Positions 8,666-18,745 of a DNA stretch of 22,709 nt are shown here, piece by piece. This stretch comes from Candidatus Binatia bacterium (GTDB taxonomy: Bacteria; Desulfobacterota; Binatia; Bin18): assembly GCA_963664395.2 (NCBI GenBank), contig CAXXIS010000002.1, positions 1 to 22,709 of the forward strand, read 5' to 3'. A program made the position numbers and the translations under genes. Each line of letters starts with the position of its first letter. Within the stretch, counting starts at the first letter, position 1. The notes under the pieces are model-generated. The model ran no database searches. It worked only from the letters and a program-made list of their open reading frames with translations, and was not told where the DNA came from.

Positions 8666-9493
8666 ATGAGCGAAGCAACTACTCCGAATGGTGCCGTTCC
8701 GTTTTATTTACCCATAGGCGATGAGGTCGATATTTTTCGGGCCGCCTATGAGTGTCGCCTACCGGTTCTGCTGAAAGGCCCGACCGGCTGCGGCAAGACA
8801 CGCTTTGTCGAGCATATGGCTCATGTGCTCATGCCGGACCGCGGTGAGGACGTCCCGGAAAATATCGTCACGGTCGCCTGCCATGAAGATCTCACCGGGA
8901 GCGACCTGGTCGGTCGGTATCTTATTAAAGGCGATGATACCGTCTGGGTAGACGGGCCGCTGACCCAGGCCGTCCGCACCGGGGCGATTTGTTATCTGGA
9001 CGAGATCGTGGAAGCGCGCAAGGACACCATCGTCCTTATCCATCCGCTGACCGACCACCGGCGTATTCTGCCGGTTGATAAGCGGGCCGAAATCCTTAAG
9101 GCGCATGAGAATTTTCTGCTGGTTATCTCGTACAACCCCGGCTACCAGAGTATCCTCAAAGACCTCAAACACTCTACGCGGCAGCGCTTTGTCACGGTCG
9201 AGTTCACCTACCCGCCTCGGGATAAAGAGGCTGAGATCATTGCCCACGAAAGTGATTTGCCACTTGAGACCGCGCTTGACCTCGCCAAGCTGGGCGAAAA
9301 GGTACGCCATCTGAAGGCCAGCGGCCTTGAAGAGGGTGTCAGCACCCGGCTGCTCATTTATTCCGGCCAACTCATTCGCCAAGGGGTGCGACCGCGTCGC
9401 GCTTGTACGGTCGCGGTCTCCCGCTCGCTGACGGATGATAATGACTCACAGCGGGCTATCGATGAAGTCATTAACGCGATCTTTCCCGAATAA
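8666..9493 (+). CDS. CbbQ/NirQ/NorQ/GpvN family AAA+ ATPase (MoxR clade)
   Basis: Walker [24 protein letters not shown], Walker [28 protein letters not shown] and [11 protein letters not shown]. Confidence 0.95.
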   Translation: MSEATTPNGAVPFYLPIGDEVDIFRAAYECRLPVLLKGPTGCGKTRFVEHMAHVLMPDRGEDVPENIVTVACHEDLTGSDLVGRYLIKGDDTVWVDGPLTQAVRTGAICYLDEIVEARKDTIVLIHPLTDHRRILPVDKRAEILKAHENFLLVISYNPGYQSILKDLKHSTRQRFVTVEFTYPPRDKEAEIIAHESDLPLETALDLAKLGEKVRHLKASGLEEGVSTRLLIYSGQLIRQGVRPRRACTVAVSRSLTDDNDSQRAIDEVINAIFPE

Positions 9494-9503
9494 GTACGAT
9501 ACC

Positions 9504-10193
9504 TCAAAGCTCAGCGTCCTCAATAATCTTCCGGGCCGTGCGGAAGACGGCATGAAACATGGGCTGCGTCAGCCGGCCGGTAAAGGTGTTCTGTTGGCTG
9601 GGATGGTAGGAAGCGATGAGGCTGACGCCCTCCAGGTCGTAACGCTTGCCATGTCCGAATTTCGGAGCGGGCGTCGGTACGTTCAGGCCGACTTTTCGGC
9701 GGGCTTTGAGATAGGCTGAAAAAGCCAACTGCCCCAGCGCCACAACGACCCTGACGTGTTTCAGCAGTTGGATTTCACGCAGCAAATAGGGTTGACACGC
9801 TTCGAATTCTTCTCGCGACGGCTTGTTGTCCGGCGGCGCACAATGGACGGCAGCCGTGATATAAGAGTCCTGTAACATCAGGCCATCGTTGCTATCGATT
9901 GACGTCGGCTGGTTGGCGAATCCATAGGCGTACAATGCTCCGAAAACCCAGTCCCCGGACCGGTCACCCGTAAACACCCGTCCCGTCCGATTGCCGCCAT
10001 GCGCGGCCGGCGCAAGGCCAACGACATACAGGCGTGCATTTCGGTCACCAAGGCTCGGCACCGGCTTGCCCCAATAGTCCCAGTCACGGTAGCGTTTGAC
10101 TTTCTCCTGGGCCGTGCGCCGGCAGTGTTGAATAAGCCGGGGACAGCGCTGGCAGGCAACGATCTGACGTTGGAGTTGGGCGATGGTCCGCAT
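9504..10193 (-). CDS. udgB: Uracil-DNA glycosylase family 5 (UdgB)
   Basis: CQRCPRL Fe-S ligands, YWGKPVP, GLAPAAHGGNRTGRVFTGDRSG, CAPPDNKP and HPSQQNTFTG. Confidence 0.92.
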   Translation of the reverse strand: MRTIAQLQRQIVACQRCPRLIQHCRRTAQEKVKRYRDWDYWGKPVPSLGDRNARLYVVGLAPAAHGGNRTGRVFTGDRSGDWVFGALYAYGFANQPTSIDSNDGLMLQDSYITAAVHCAPPDNKPSREEFEACQPYLLREIQLLKHVRVVVALGQLAFSAYLKARRKVGLNVPTPAPKFGHGKRYDLEGVSLIASYHPSQQNTFTGRLTQPMFHAVFRTARKIIEDAEL

Positions 10194-10230
10194 CGGTAAG
10201 CCGGAATCCCCGTCTCCTTAGCGGCTGGCT

Positions 10231-11697
10231 TTACAAACTCAACACATATTGCACGAGCGTCCGCACGCCAAAGCCGGTGCCGCCTCTCGGGGCCCGCTCT
10301 GAAAAGGCCGGACCGGCAATATCCAGATGCGCCCAGGGAACATCCGAGACAAACTCTTCAAGAAAAAGCGCCGCGGTAATCGCCCCGCCATAGCCCCCAC
10401 CGATATTTTTAATGTCGGCAATGGAACTCTTGATGTCGTCCTTATACTCCTTCACCAGGGGCATAGGCCACAATTGCTCGCCCGTCTCTTTGCTGCTTGC
10501 TAACAGATCATCAGTCAGCTTTTGATTATTGCTGAACAGCCCGGCGACTTGGGAGCCCAGGGCGACCATGCAGGCACCGGTCAGGGTGGCCAGGTCAATA
10601 ATGACATCGGGCTTGTCTTCTACGGCACAGATCAGCGCATCAGCCAGGATTAAACGGCCTTCTGCATCCGTATTGAGCACCTCGACGGTTTTGCCGTTTC
10701 GATAGCTAATTATATCACCGGGTTTCTGAGCCGTGCCGCTCGGCATATTTTCAGATGACGGCACATATCCCGTGACCTGCACCGGCGGTTTGAGCGCGGC
10801 AATCGCCCGCATCGTCCCCAGCACAGTTGCGCCACCCGACATATCAATCTTCATTGTCTCCATGGACTTGGCCGGCTTGAGCGAAAGTCCACCGGAGTCA
10901 AAGGTGAGCCCCTTGCCGACGAGAGCCACTTTCTTCTTGGGCTTTGTGGCGGGGGTATAGCTCAGCTTGATGAAGCGCGGCTCTTCCGGACCGCCACGCG
11001 AAACCGCCAGCAGCCCGTGCATTTTGGCCGCCTTGATCTTGTTCACACCCCAAACTTCGGTCTTGAGTCCGTTTCCGTCAGCGAGCTTTTTGGCTTGATT
11101 GGCCAGATACGTTGGGGTTGAAACCGAAGCGGGTTCATTGACTAAATCGCGTGCCAGAAAGACGCCCGGAACCGTATTTTGAACCGTTTCGAGGGCGCGG
11201 CTCAGCCGAGCGCTTTTCCTGAGACCGGGACCGACCAGAGTGAAGGTCTCAATGACCGTCTTCTTCCCGTTGTTGGATTTATACTTGAGGAAGGCATAAC
11301 CGGACAGTAGTATCCCTTCGAGGACAGCGGCGCCCATATCCTGAACATCCGGACCTAGCTCGACAAACCACGCCAGGCTCTTCGCTCGTTGCTCCTGTGC
11401 CTGGCGGCGGGCCGTGGCTCCGACCTGACGCCATGTCGCCGTCTCAATGCTCCCGTGCTTCCCGAGTCCAACCAGCAGAACCTCCACGCTTGGGAGGCGT
11501 TTATGCGTTTGGAACAGGAGCGTCTCGCCACGTTTGCCCTGGAATCGGCTGCGTCTCACCTGCTCGCGCAGCGCACCATCCACAGGAGCATCAAGGGCTT
11601 TCAGGTGGGCGGCATGCTGTCTCCCTTGAACGACCGGGACAACCAGCAGGTCAGTGCGGACTGCCGTAATGGATTGCGATTGGACCCGAACGTTCAT
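10231..11697 (-). CDS. pepA: Leucyl aminopeptidase (peptidase M17)
   Basis: VGKGLTFDSGG, MKIDMSG, NTDAEGRLILADAL, DLATLTGA and WAHLDIAG. Confidence 0.97.
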   Translation of the reverse strand: MNVRVQSQSITAVRTDLLVVPVVQGRQHAAHLKALDAPVDGALREQVRRSRFQGKRGETLLFQTHKRLPSVEVLLVGLGKHGSIETATWRQVGATARRQAQEQRAKSLAWFVELGPDVQDMGAAVLEGILLSGYAFLKYKSNNGKKTVIETFTLVGPGLRKSARLSRALETVQNTVPGVFLARDLVNEPASVSTPTYLANQAKKLADGNGLKTEVWGVNKIKAAKMHGLLAVSRGGPEEPRFIKLSYTPATKPKKKVALVGKGLTFDSGGLSLKPAKSMETMKIDMSGGATVLGTMRAIAALKPPVQVTGYVPSSENMPSGTAQKPGDIISYRNGKTVEVLNTDAEGRLILADALICAVEDKPDVIIDLATLTGACMVALGSQVAGLFSNNQKLTDDLLASSKETGEQLWPMPLVKEYKDDIKSSIADIKNIGGGYGGAITAALFLEEFVSDVPWAHLDIAGPAFSERAPRGGTGFGVRTLVQYVLSL

Positions 11698-11767
11698 AGC
11701 CGTCTTCCTTTCATGCCTAAGCGGTTAGGGGTAGGGAGCAGTCCGAGAGGGCGGTGTAGACGGACAG

Positions 11768-11798
11768 AAAAAAGGAGAGGGTTCCCCTACCCTTTCTC
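11768..11798 (-). terminator. Possible rho-independent terminator
   Basis: Minus strand GAG(AA)AGGGT-loop-ACCCTCTC followed by C and T6. The stem is imperfect. Confidence 0.4.
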
Positions 11799-11833
11799 GT
11801 AAAAGCCTGGGCTGAGGCCGAAGCAAAAGAATA

Positions 11834-12001
11834 TTACGCAGCCGGGGCCGCTTCACGTGCCAGGGCGCGCAACTGCCGTTTAACAGAACGGATATTGCGT
11901 CGGACCTTTTTGAGTTCTGTGTGTTCCTTTTGCTCCAGGGCCGTATCACGTTGCCCTTTGAGCTCTTTCATCTGTTTTTTCAGGTCGGCCTTTTCTGCCA
12001 T
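11834..12001 (-). CDS. Small basic coiled-coil protein (55 aa), absent from the ORF track
   Basis: Manual translation gives MAEKADLKKQMKELKGQRDTALEQKEHTELKKVRRNIRSVKRQLRALAREAAPAA*. AAGGA RBS is present, and it fills the gap between 12017 and the terminator. Confidence 0.75.
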   Translation of the reverse strand: MAEKADLKKQMKELKGQRDTALEQKEHTELKKVRRNIRSVKRQLRALAREAAPAA

Positions 12002-12016
12002 GATTTTTTCCTTACG

Positions 12017-12325
12017 CTACTCTTCTTTTTCTTCTTGTTCCCGGTTTGGCTTGAATGTCTTTTTTGCCAGATAAAACATTGCCGCGCCAGCCACCCCATA
12101 CATCAGTATGCCCTCAACCAGCCCGACTCCGCCGGCGAGCATGAGCACCAGGACAACCAGCGCTGTCCCGGTGACAGCCACAACCTTTTCAATCCGCTCC
12201 TCTCGGTCGCGGACTTCTTCCACATGCGCACTCACCCGCGTTCCGCACTCCGGACAACGACCATTGCGCTTGCGGTAGAGAATCTTTCCACACTGGGGAC
12301 AGGGAATCCGGAGATAGAGTGGCAT
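12017..12325 (-). CDS. Small membrane protein with N-terminal zinc ribbon (102 aa)
   Basis: CPQC...CPEC followed by two hydrophobic helices. ATG at 12325 preferred because the longer start runs through a terminator hairpin. Confidence 0.75.
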   Translation of the reverse strand: MPLYLRIPCPQCGKILYRKRNGRCPECGTRVSAHVEEVRDREERIEKVVAVTGTALVVLVLMLAGGVGLVEGILMYGVAGAAMFYLAKKTFKPNREQEEKEE

Positions 12326-12332
12326 ACGCTGG

Positions 12333-12383
12333 AAAAACGAAAAAGGCCCCGGCTCGTCACACGCAGAGACAAACAGGGGCCTT
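12333..12383 (-). terminator. Rho-independent terminator after korB
   Basis: Minus strand AAGGCCCC-T-GTTTGTC / GACGAGC-C-GGGGCCTT stem followed by TTTCGTTTTT. Confidence 0.75.
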
Positions 12384-12399
12384 CTCAATTACTTACGAA

Positions 12400-13413
12400 C
12401 TATTCGACTGACCAGACGTCTCCACGATGCAGGAGGGCATCAATGTTCCCTGGTCCGGACTTTTCGACAGAGTCCTGAATCTGTTTGTTCATCAAAGACT
12501 CAATCGTCGGGCGTTGGGTTGAAAACAGCACACCAACCGGCGTGGGGAAGTTGGGCGGCGTCATGCGCCCGAGTAAATACGCCAAGGTTTGATCGTGTTC
12601 ATCGTGTACCAACAGATCTGAGGTGCTGACGCCATTCCCAATGGTGACAACTTCAGGGGTTAAGCCGTTGAGGCGAATACCGCGCTCCTTGTTCTTGCCA
12701 AAAACCATGGGTTTACCATGCTCAAGAAGCAGTTGGGTGTCGGCCTTGGAGTTTTTATCCTTCAGATATTCCCATACCCCATCATTATAGACGTTACAGT
12801 TTTGTAGAATTTCAATAAATGCTCCACCCTTATGGGCAGCTGCTCGCTTCAGCGTTTCCTGCTGATGCTTGGCTTCCGTGTCTATACTGCGTGCAATAAA
12901 CGTGGCCTCTGCGCCTATCGCCAAGGAGATGGGGTTGAGCGGATGGTCAACCGAGCCCATTGGCGTGGACTTGGCAACCTTGCCGAGCTCTGAAGTCGGC
13001 GAGTATTGGCCTTTCGTAAGACCGTAGATCCGGTTGTTGAAAAGCATAATTTTTATCTCGACATTCCGGCGAAGCGCATGGATGAGATGATTGCCACCAA
13101 TGCTCAAACCATCTCCGTCACCAGTGACGAGCCAAATGTACAGGTCGGGTCGGGAGATCTTGAGTCCAGTTGCAATCGCCGGAGCACGACCATGAATAGT
13201 ATGAAAGCCATACGTATTCATGTAGTACGGGAAGCGACTCGAGCAGCCAATGCCGGAAATGAAGACCGCTTTTTCTTTTGGAATGCCAAGCTCAGGGAAT
13301 ATCTTTTGGACCTGAGCCAGAATGGCATAATCTCCACAGCCCGGACACCAACGGACATCCTGGTCTGAAACAAAGTCTTTTCGTGTTAGTTTTACCGCAG
13401 CTTCTGTACTCAT
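12400..13413 (-). CDS. korB: 2-oxoacid:ferredoxin oxidoreductase subunit beta
   Basis: WCPGCGD, SGIGCSSRFP, TIHGRA, TPP motif GDGDG...NN and YGLTKGQYSPTS. Confidence 0.95.
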   Translation of the reverse strand: MSTEAAVKLTRKDFVSDQDVRWCPGCGDYAILAQVQKIFPELGIPKEKAVFISGIGCSSRFPYYMNTYGFHTIHGRAPAIATGLKISRPDLYIWLVTGDGDGLSIGGNHLIHALRRNVEIKIMLFNNRIYGLTKGQYSPTSELGKVAKSTPMGSVDHPLNPISLAIGAEATFIARSIDTEAKHQQETLKRAAAHKGGAFIEILQNCNVYNDGVWEYLKDKNSKADTQLLLEHGKPMVFGKNKERGIRLNGLTPEVVTIGNGVSTSDLLVHDEHDQTLAYLLGRMTPPNFPTPVGVLFSTQRPTIESLMNKQIQDSVEKSGPGNIDALLHRGDVWSVE

Positions 13414-13418
13414 AGTCC

Positions 13419-15278
13419 TTAGTCCTCCAACATACGGGCAATGCGAGTTGCAACTTCAGACACCTTAAATGGACGGCCTTGGATCTTGTTCAGCCCAACC
13501 GCGTCAATCAGGTATTCGGCGCGGATCAGCTTGAGGAGTTGACCCATGTTCATCTCAGGCACAAGCACCTTTTCATACCGGCCCAGCACGTCACCCAGGT
13601 CGGCCGGTAGCGGGTTCAGATAGCGCAGATGGGCATGGGCGACCGCATGACCCTGCCCCTGCGCGGCCTCAACCGCAGCGGCAATCGCGCCATAGGTACT
13701 GCCCCAACCCAAGACAAGCAATTTGCCCTGCTCAGGCCCCTTCACTTGAGTAGGAGGAATCTCCTGCGTAACTTTCGCGACCTTTTTATGTCGCACGCGC
13801 ACCATCTGTTCATGGTTGGCCGGGGCGTAGCTGATATTTCCCGTCAAGTAGTCTTTCTCAATGCCACCGATACGGTGCTCAAGGCCAGGGGTGCCGGGTT
13901 TGACCCATGGGCGGGCCAGGGTTTCTTCATCTCTCAAGTAGGGGAAGAAGCCTTGTGGATCAGTCCGAAATTCGACCGGAATACTGGGCAGGTCGTCTAC
14001 ATTCGGCAGGAGCCAGGGCTCCGAGGCGTTGGCCAGGAATCCGTCCGTCAAGAGGATGACCGGAGTCATGTACTTCATCGCGATCCGGGCCGCCTCAAAA
14101 GCGGCGTAAAAACAATCTGACGGCGTCGAGGCGGCAATCACGGGCAGCGGCGATTCTCCGTGCCGCCCATAGATCGCCTGCATCAGGTCGGTCTGCTCGG
14201 GCTTGGTCGGCATGCCCGTGCTCGGTCCGGCCCGCTGAATATTCGTGATCACCATCGGTAATTCAACTGTGGCCGCCAGCCCCATGGTCTCACCCTTGAG
14301 GTTCATCCCAGGGCCACTCGTGGTCGTAATTGCCAGTGCTCCACCAAAAGCGGCGCCTAACGCGGCACCGACCCCGGCGATTTCGTCTTCGGCTTGGAAC
14401 GTATAGACGTTGTAGTTTTTGTATTCAGCTAATTCGTGCAGCACATCACTGGCCGGCGTGATAGGATAGCTACCCAAGAAGAGCGGCAGCCCGGCCTTTT
14501 GGGCGGCAATAACAAAACCAAGGGCGGTCGCAGAGTTTCCAGTGATATTGCGATACGTACCAGGATCAATCTCGGCCGGCTTGACCTCATAGGACGAGGA
14601 AAACATGTCGGTATTTTCACCCAGATTATAGCCGCCTTTGATGGCCGCGGTGTTGGCCTCTGCCACAGCCGGATTCTTGCCGAATCGCTGCTGTATCCAT
14701 TCCAGAGTAGGCTCAATCGGACGATTAAAGAGCCATGATACAACGCCCAAGGCAAAAAAGTTTCGACTCCGCATGACCGACCGGTTTGGCAGGCCCGTGT
14801 CCTTAAGAGCCAGGGTCGTCATTTTGGTGACTTCTACTTGATAGACCTGGTATTTATCCAGTGAATGGTCCTCAAGCGGGTTGATTTCGTATTCGGCTTT
14901 TCTCAGGTTGGCACTGTTAAATTCAGCCGGGTCAACGATGAGAATGCCATTCTGCTGCAAATCGGCAATATTCGTTTTGAGCGCCGCCGGATTCATGCAC
15001 ACCAGGGCATCGAGATCATCCCCGGGTGTATACACATTTTTATTACTGAAATTAACCTGAAAAGCGCTCACACCGTACAGCGTACCGGTAGGGGCCCGGA
15101 TTTCCGCCGGAAAGTCAGGGAGCGTCCCTACATCATTCCCGGCAAAAACTGACTCGGATGTAAAACGGGTGCCGGTCAGTTGCATTCCATCACCAGAATC
15201 ACCGGCAAAACGAATGACGACGCTTTCACGTTCCTGCCTCGGTTTTTGCAGGGGCACCCCTGCTGGATTGGTGGCCAT
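13419..15278 (-). CDS. korA: 2-oxoacid:acceptor oxidoreductase subunit alpha (fused gamma-alpha)
   Basis: AGDSGDGMQ, FPAEIRAP, YPITPAS, QAEDE, TSGPG and QRAGPSTGMPTK. GAGGAGG RBS. Confidence 0.95.
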   Translation of the reverse strand: MATNPAGVPLQKPRQERESVVIRFAGDSGDGMQLTGTRFTSESVFAGNDVGTLPDFPAEIRAPTGTLYGVSAFQVNFSNKNVYTPGDDLDALVCMNPAALKTNIADLQQNGILIVDPAEFNSANLRKAEYEINPLEDHSLDKYQVYQVEVTKMTTLALKDTGLPNRSVMRSRNFFALGVVSWLFNRPIEPTLEWIQQRFGKNPAVAEANTAAIKGGYNLGENTDMFSSSYEVKPAEIDPGTYRNITGNSATALGFVIAAQKAGLPLFLGSYPITPASDVLHELAEYKNYNVYTFQAEDEIAGVGAALGAAFGGALAITTTSGPGMNLKGETMGLAATVELPMVITNIQRAGPSTGMPTKPEQTDLMQAIYGRHGESPLPVIAASTPSDCFYAAFEAARIAMKYMTPVILLTDGFLANASEPWLLPNVDDLPSIPVEFRTDPQGFFPYLRDEETLARPWVKPGTPGLEHRIGGIEKDYLTGNISYAPANHEQMVRVRHKKVAKVTQEIPPTQVKGPEQGKLLVLGWGSTYGAIAAAVEAAQGQGHAVAHAHLRYLNPLPADLGDVLGRYEKVLVPEMNMGQLLKLIRAEYLIDAVGLNKIQGRPFKVSEVATRIARMLED

Positions 15279-15428
15279 GGAATCTCCTCCTCAGCTGCTG
15301 TTACTGTGCTTTTCGCCTGGAATTGTTACGGATAAGTCTGAATATGACACTGAAGATTACAGATTGGCACAATATCCGACGTTCTGAAAGATTACAAGTT
15401 CAACACAAGAGTCAGGCTGTCACCTAGG

Positions 15429-17135
15429 TTACAAAAAACGCAGAGAAAACGGAATAATTGCCCATACCCGGTCTCGCGCCCACGGCCAGCCGGTTGTGTG
15501 TATTGTCCGACCCCAAGGCAGGAGGCGTAAAAGAGATGGGAAGCGGAGGAGCGAAGCGGGCTTAGGGAAACGTTCGACCCCAACCGGCCAGTTGTCAGGT
15601 ATCCCGACTTGATGCTTGAGTTCGGCCAAGGCTTCCTCCAACCCACCTATCCGGTCAACCAGACCTCGGGCCATCGCCTGCCTCCCGCTCCACACTCGTC
15701 CCTGGGCACAGGCGTCAACCGTCTCATAACTGAGCGACCGACACTGGGCGACTTTTTTGACAAAGTCTCGATAGAAACTCTGGATTTCAATATCCATACG
15801 CTCTTGTTCGGCCGGACCAAAGGCCAAATAATCAGAGAACAGCGCCGCCCGCTTGCCTCGGGTCAGGATTTCCTTATCCAGACCAAGCTGCGCATAGAGT
15901 CCCTGCAATACCGCCTTACCGGCAATGACTCCAATAGAGCCGGTAATCGTTCCTTCCTCAGCAAAAACAGTCGTACCGGCCAGCGCGATGTAATATCCGC
16001 CGGAAGCAGCCACATCGCCCATAGAGATAATCACCGGCTTCTCTTCTTTTGTTTGGAGAATCTCGTGCCAGACCAGATCGGAGGCCAGCCCGGAGCCGCC
16101 CGGACTCGACACCCGGATCATAATGCCCGCGATACCGGGGTCTTCGCGCACCTGCTGGAGGTCTCGGATCATACTGGCAGAGCCGCTGGACCGAATCCCG
16201 TCACTCCCGGTCTCGGTTTCTCCGCGCGTAATCGTGCCGCCCACCGTCATGAAGGCCATCCGCACCGGAGGATAGCGCAGCGCCCGGCGCCGCATGAGTC
16301 GCCCCCGGCGGCGCAGATAGGCACCCGCTTCAATGACCTGCACGCGCTCGGTCGCGTTTACGCCATCCGCCTGTCCTCCGCGGTCTTCGAGCCAGTGCGG
16401 GATATCATCTTCATAGCCAATATGATCAATCAGGCCCGCTTCCTGGGCTTCGTGCGGCAGAAACAGCCCCTGGTCAATGAGTGCACGAACGGTGGCTGTG
16501 TCGGTATTCCGGGTTGAGGCGACTCCTTCGACAATCTGATCGTACAGGTCATCCAGGAGGCTATTCATCATCTCCCGATGTGGCTCAGAAAGCGACGTCC
16601 GCGTAAATGGCTCCCCGGCCGACTTATACTGCCCGGCCTGACTGACCTGGGCTTCAATGCCCAGCTTGTCGAGCGCGCCCTTAAAGAACATTGTTTCTGC
16701 GGCAAGACCGGTGATGGCCAGGTGACCGGCCGGCGCCATCGCCACCGCGTTTGCCGCACTGGCGAGGTAATACTCCTGGGTGCCCCCCTCGGCCAGATAG
16801 ACCAGGACGTATTTCCCGGCTTGACGGAGGGCCTGAATGGAGCGCCGCATATTTTGCAGCCGAGCCCAGCCCGTGTCCAGATTGTCGATGCTGAGAACAA
16901 CAGTGCTGAGCTGCTCGTCCTCCCGCGCCCAGCGCAGCACGGTGGTCAGGGTAAAAAGATCCAGAGAGGTTGAACGTCGAAACGGCAGACTGCCCAAGAC
17001 ATCATCTTCAGCAAAAGAGCCGGTGAGCTCCATCTGAAGGGTATTATACGGCTTGTGCCGTCCGGTGAGGCGCGCCAGAAGATCGATGCTCCAAAGCACG
17101 CCACGAGTAATGTTGCGGAACAGGAAGCGTATCAC
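15429..17135 (-). CDS. sppA: Signal peptide peptidase SppA, 67K two-domain type (S49)
   Basis: [10 protein letters not shown] (Lys), [22 protein letters not shown] (Ser), [16 protein letters not shown] and GLVDRIGG. Confidence 0.93.
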   Translation of the reverse strand: MIRFLFRNITRGVLWSIDLLARLTGRHKPYNTLQMELTGSFAEDDVLGSLPFRRSTSLDLFTLTTVLRWAREDEQLSTVVLSIDNLDTGWARLQNMRRSIQALRQAGKYVLVYLAEGGTQEYYLASAANAVAMAPAGHLAITGLAAETMFFKGALDKLGIEAQVSQAGQYKSAGEPFTRTSLSEPHREMMNSLLDDLYDQIVEGVASTRNTDTATVRALIDQGLFLPHEAQEAGLIDHIGYEDDIPHWLEDRGGQADGVNATERVQVIEAGAYLRRRGRLMRRRALRYPPVRMAFMTVGGTITRGETETGSDGIRSSGSASMIRDLQQVREDPGIAGIMIRVSSPGGSGLASDLVWHEILQTKEEKPVIISMGDVAASGGYYIALAGTTVFAEEGTITGSIGVIAGKAVLQGLYAQLGLDKEILTRGKRAALFSDYLAFGPAEQERMDIEIQSFYRDFVKKVAQCRSLSYETVDACAQGRVWSGRQAMARGLVDRIGGLEEALAELKHQVGIPDNWPVGVERFPKPASLLRFPSLLRLLPWGRTIHTTGWPWARDRVWAIIPFSLRFL

Positions 17136-17372
17136 AACTGCGAACAGTCTACGCTCCCCTCATTGTCTTCAGCAAGGGTAGCCTGGGTTCTATCCCTTCT
17201 CGTTTGTCTCTGACCCACGATATGAGGGCCATCACGCACATCTCAGTGCAGCACGGATTCGAGCAGTCCGACGACCCGCGCGATGACGGAGTTCGAGAAA
17301 GGGCTCGTTGCCGGCTGCCCTGCCTGGATTCCTCTCGCATTATATGGAAGGTATCCATCGTTTTATCTAATT

Positions 17373-17417
17373 TTCCTCCCATTTTAGGTGTGTCCGGCGC
17401 GACATTATGGTGTATGG
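17373..17417 (+). promoter_or_regulatory. Conserved box, copy 1 (candidate operator/promoter upstream of the LuxR-type gene)
   Basis: TTCCTCCCATTTTAGGTG is identical to 18746-18763; 36/45 identity without gaps to 18746-18790. Confidence 0.6.
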
Positions 17418-17532
17418 GATCATGTCACATACCTTCATAACGACAGTATGCATGTGTAGATATTCAACCGTCACTCGGCGAAGAACCGTTCTGGCACGGG
17501 AGGAGCCGGCAGGCGTGGTGCAGTGAAGTATC

Positions 17533-18666
17533 ATGAGCGACCAAGACGCATTCGAACGGATCCTGGCGTCATTGTACGACGCCATGCTCGACGACACCCA
17601 CTGGCCTGCCACCTCGGCCCTGATTGATGAGGCCTGCGGCACGAAGGGCACTGCGCTAATGGTCGGCAAAGGCCCGCAGGACGACGTCCGGGTCCTTTTC
17701 GTGGGGCTCTACTACCGGGGGGAGCGCCGCGTAGACCTGGAGCGCGACTACCTCGAAATCTACCATCCCATAGACGAACACGTACCGCGTTTCCGGCAAC
17801 TGCCCGACAGCCGCGTGGTGCACGTCACCGACCTGTACACGGCCGAGGAGTTGAAGACCTCGCCCACCTACAACGAGTATCTTCACCGGGGCGATGGCCA
17901 GGATGGCTTGAATGTGCGGCTGGACGGGCCGGACGGCTCCCACATCACCTGGGCCACCTGTGACCCGGTCACCCCGGGCGGCTGGGGGTCCTCGCAACTC
18001 GCGATGATCGAGCGTCTGCTGCCCCATCTCCGGCAATTCGTGCGCGTCCGGCATGCGCTGGTCGGTGCCGAGGCGCTGGGCGCGTCCGTGACCGACCTGC
18101 TCGACAACACCCGGATTGGGGTCATCCACCTGGACCAGCGGGGGCAGATCATGGTGGCGAATGACCGCGCCCGGGCCATTCTCCGGCACGGCGATGGGTT
18201 GTCGGACCGGGGCGGGGTGCTGCGCGCCCACGTGCCGGCCGACCACACCCGGCTTGAGCGGCTGGTGGCCGGGGCGTTGCCGTCTACCGGGGCCGCCGTC
18301 AGTGGGTCGATGCTGCTCCACCGCTTGTCTGTGTTGCCGCCGTTCGTGGTGCATGTCAAACCCGTGGGCGTCCCGCAGCCGGACTACGGCGCCCGGCGCG
18401 TCGCTGCGCTGATTCTGATTGTCGAGCCGGGGCGCCAGACCCGCATCGATCCCGCTCTGGTGGCCACGGTCCTGGGGCTCACGCTGACGGAGAGTCTGAT
18501 CGCGGTCTGGTTGGCGGAAGGCAAGACCGTGCGTGACATTGCCGGGACGACGGGGCGGCGGGAGGGCGCAATCTATTGGCACTTGAAGCAGATTTACCAC
18601 AAGCTGGATCTCTCCCGGCAGGTGGACCTGGTGCGGCTGGTGCTGTCGCTCGCCGAGTTTGTGTGA
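17533..18666 (+). CDS. LuxR-type HTH transcriptional regulator with N-terminal sensor and PAS-like domain
   Basis: C-terminal LGLTLTESLIAVWLAEGKTVRDIA...IYWHLKQIYHKLDLSRQVDLVRLV; PAS-like IGVIHLDQRGQIMVANDRA; LLPHLRQ linker helix. Confidence 0.92.
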   Translation: MSDQDAFERILASLYDAMLDDTHWPATSALIDEACGTKGTALMVGKGPQDDVRVLFVGLYYRGERRVDLERDYLEIYHPIDEHVPRFRQLPDSRVVHVTDLYTAEELKTSPTYNEYLHRGDGQDGLNVRLDGPDGSHITWATCDPVTPGGWGSSQLAMIERLLPHLRQFVRVRHALVGAEALGASVTDLLDNTRIGVIHLDQRGQIMVANDRARAILRHGDGLSDRGGVLRAHVPADHTRLERLVAGALPSTGAAVSGSMLLHRLSVLPPFVVHVKPVGVPQPDYGARRVAALILIVEPGRQTRIDPALVATVLGLTLTESLIAVWLAEGKTVRDIAGTTGRREGAIYWHLKQIYHKLDLSRQVDLVRLVLSLAEFV

Positions 18667-18745
18667 GCGGAGCGGGCGCCCCGCCTCCACACTGCGCCCC
18701 AGGCTTCCGCCTCCCCTGGCGGCGCCTGCTGACCTGGGGTCATTA

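Noticed and set aside
15363-15380. Sigma54 promoter at TTGGCAC (similar words near 891 and 17491)
   Set aside because: No TTGC at the -12 position.
17656-18690. 344-aa minus-strand ORF
   Set aside because: Antisense shadow of the GC-rich LuxR-type gene; no motifs.
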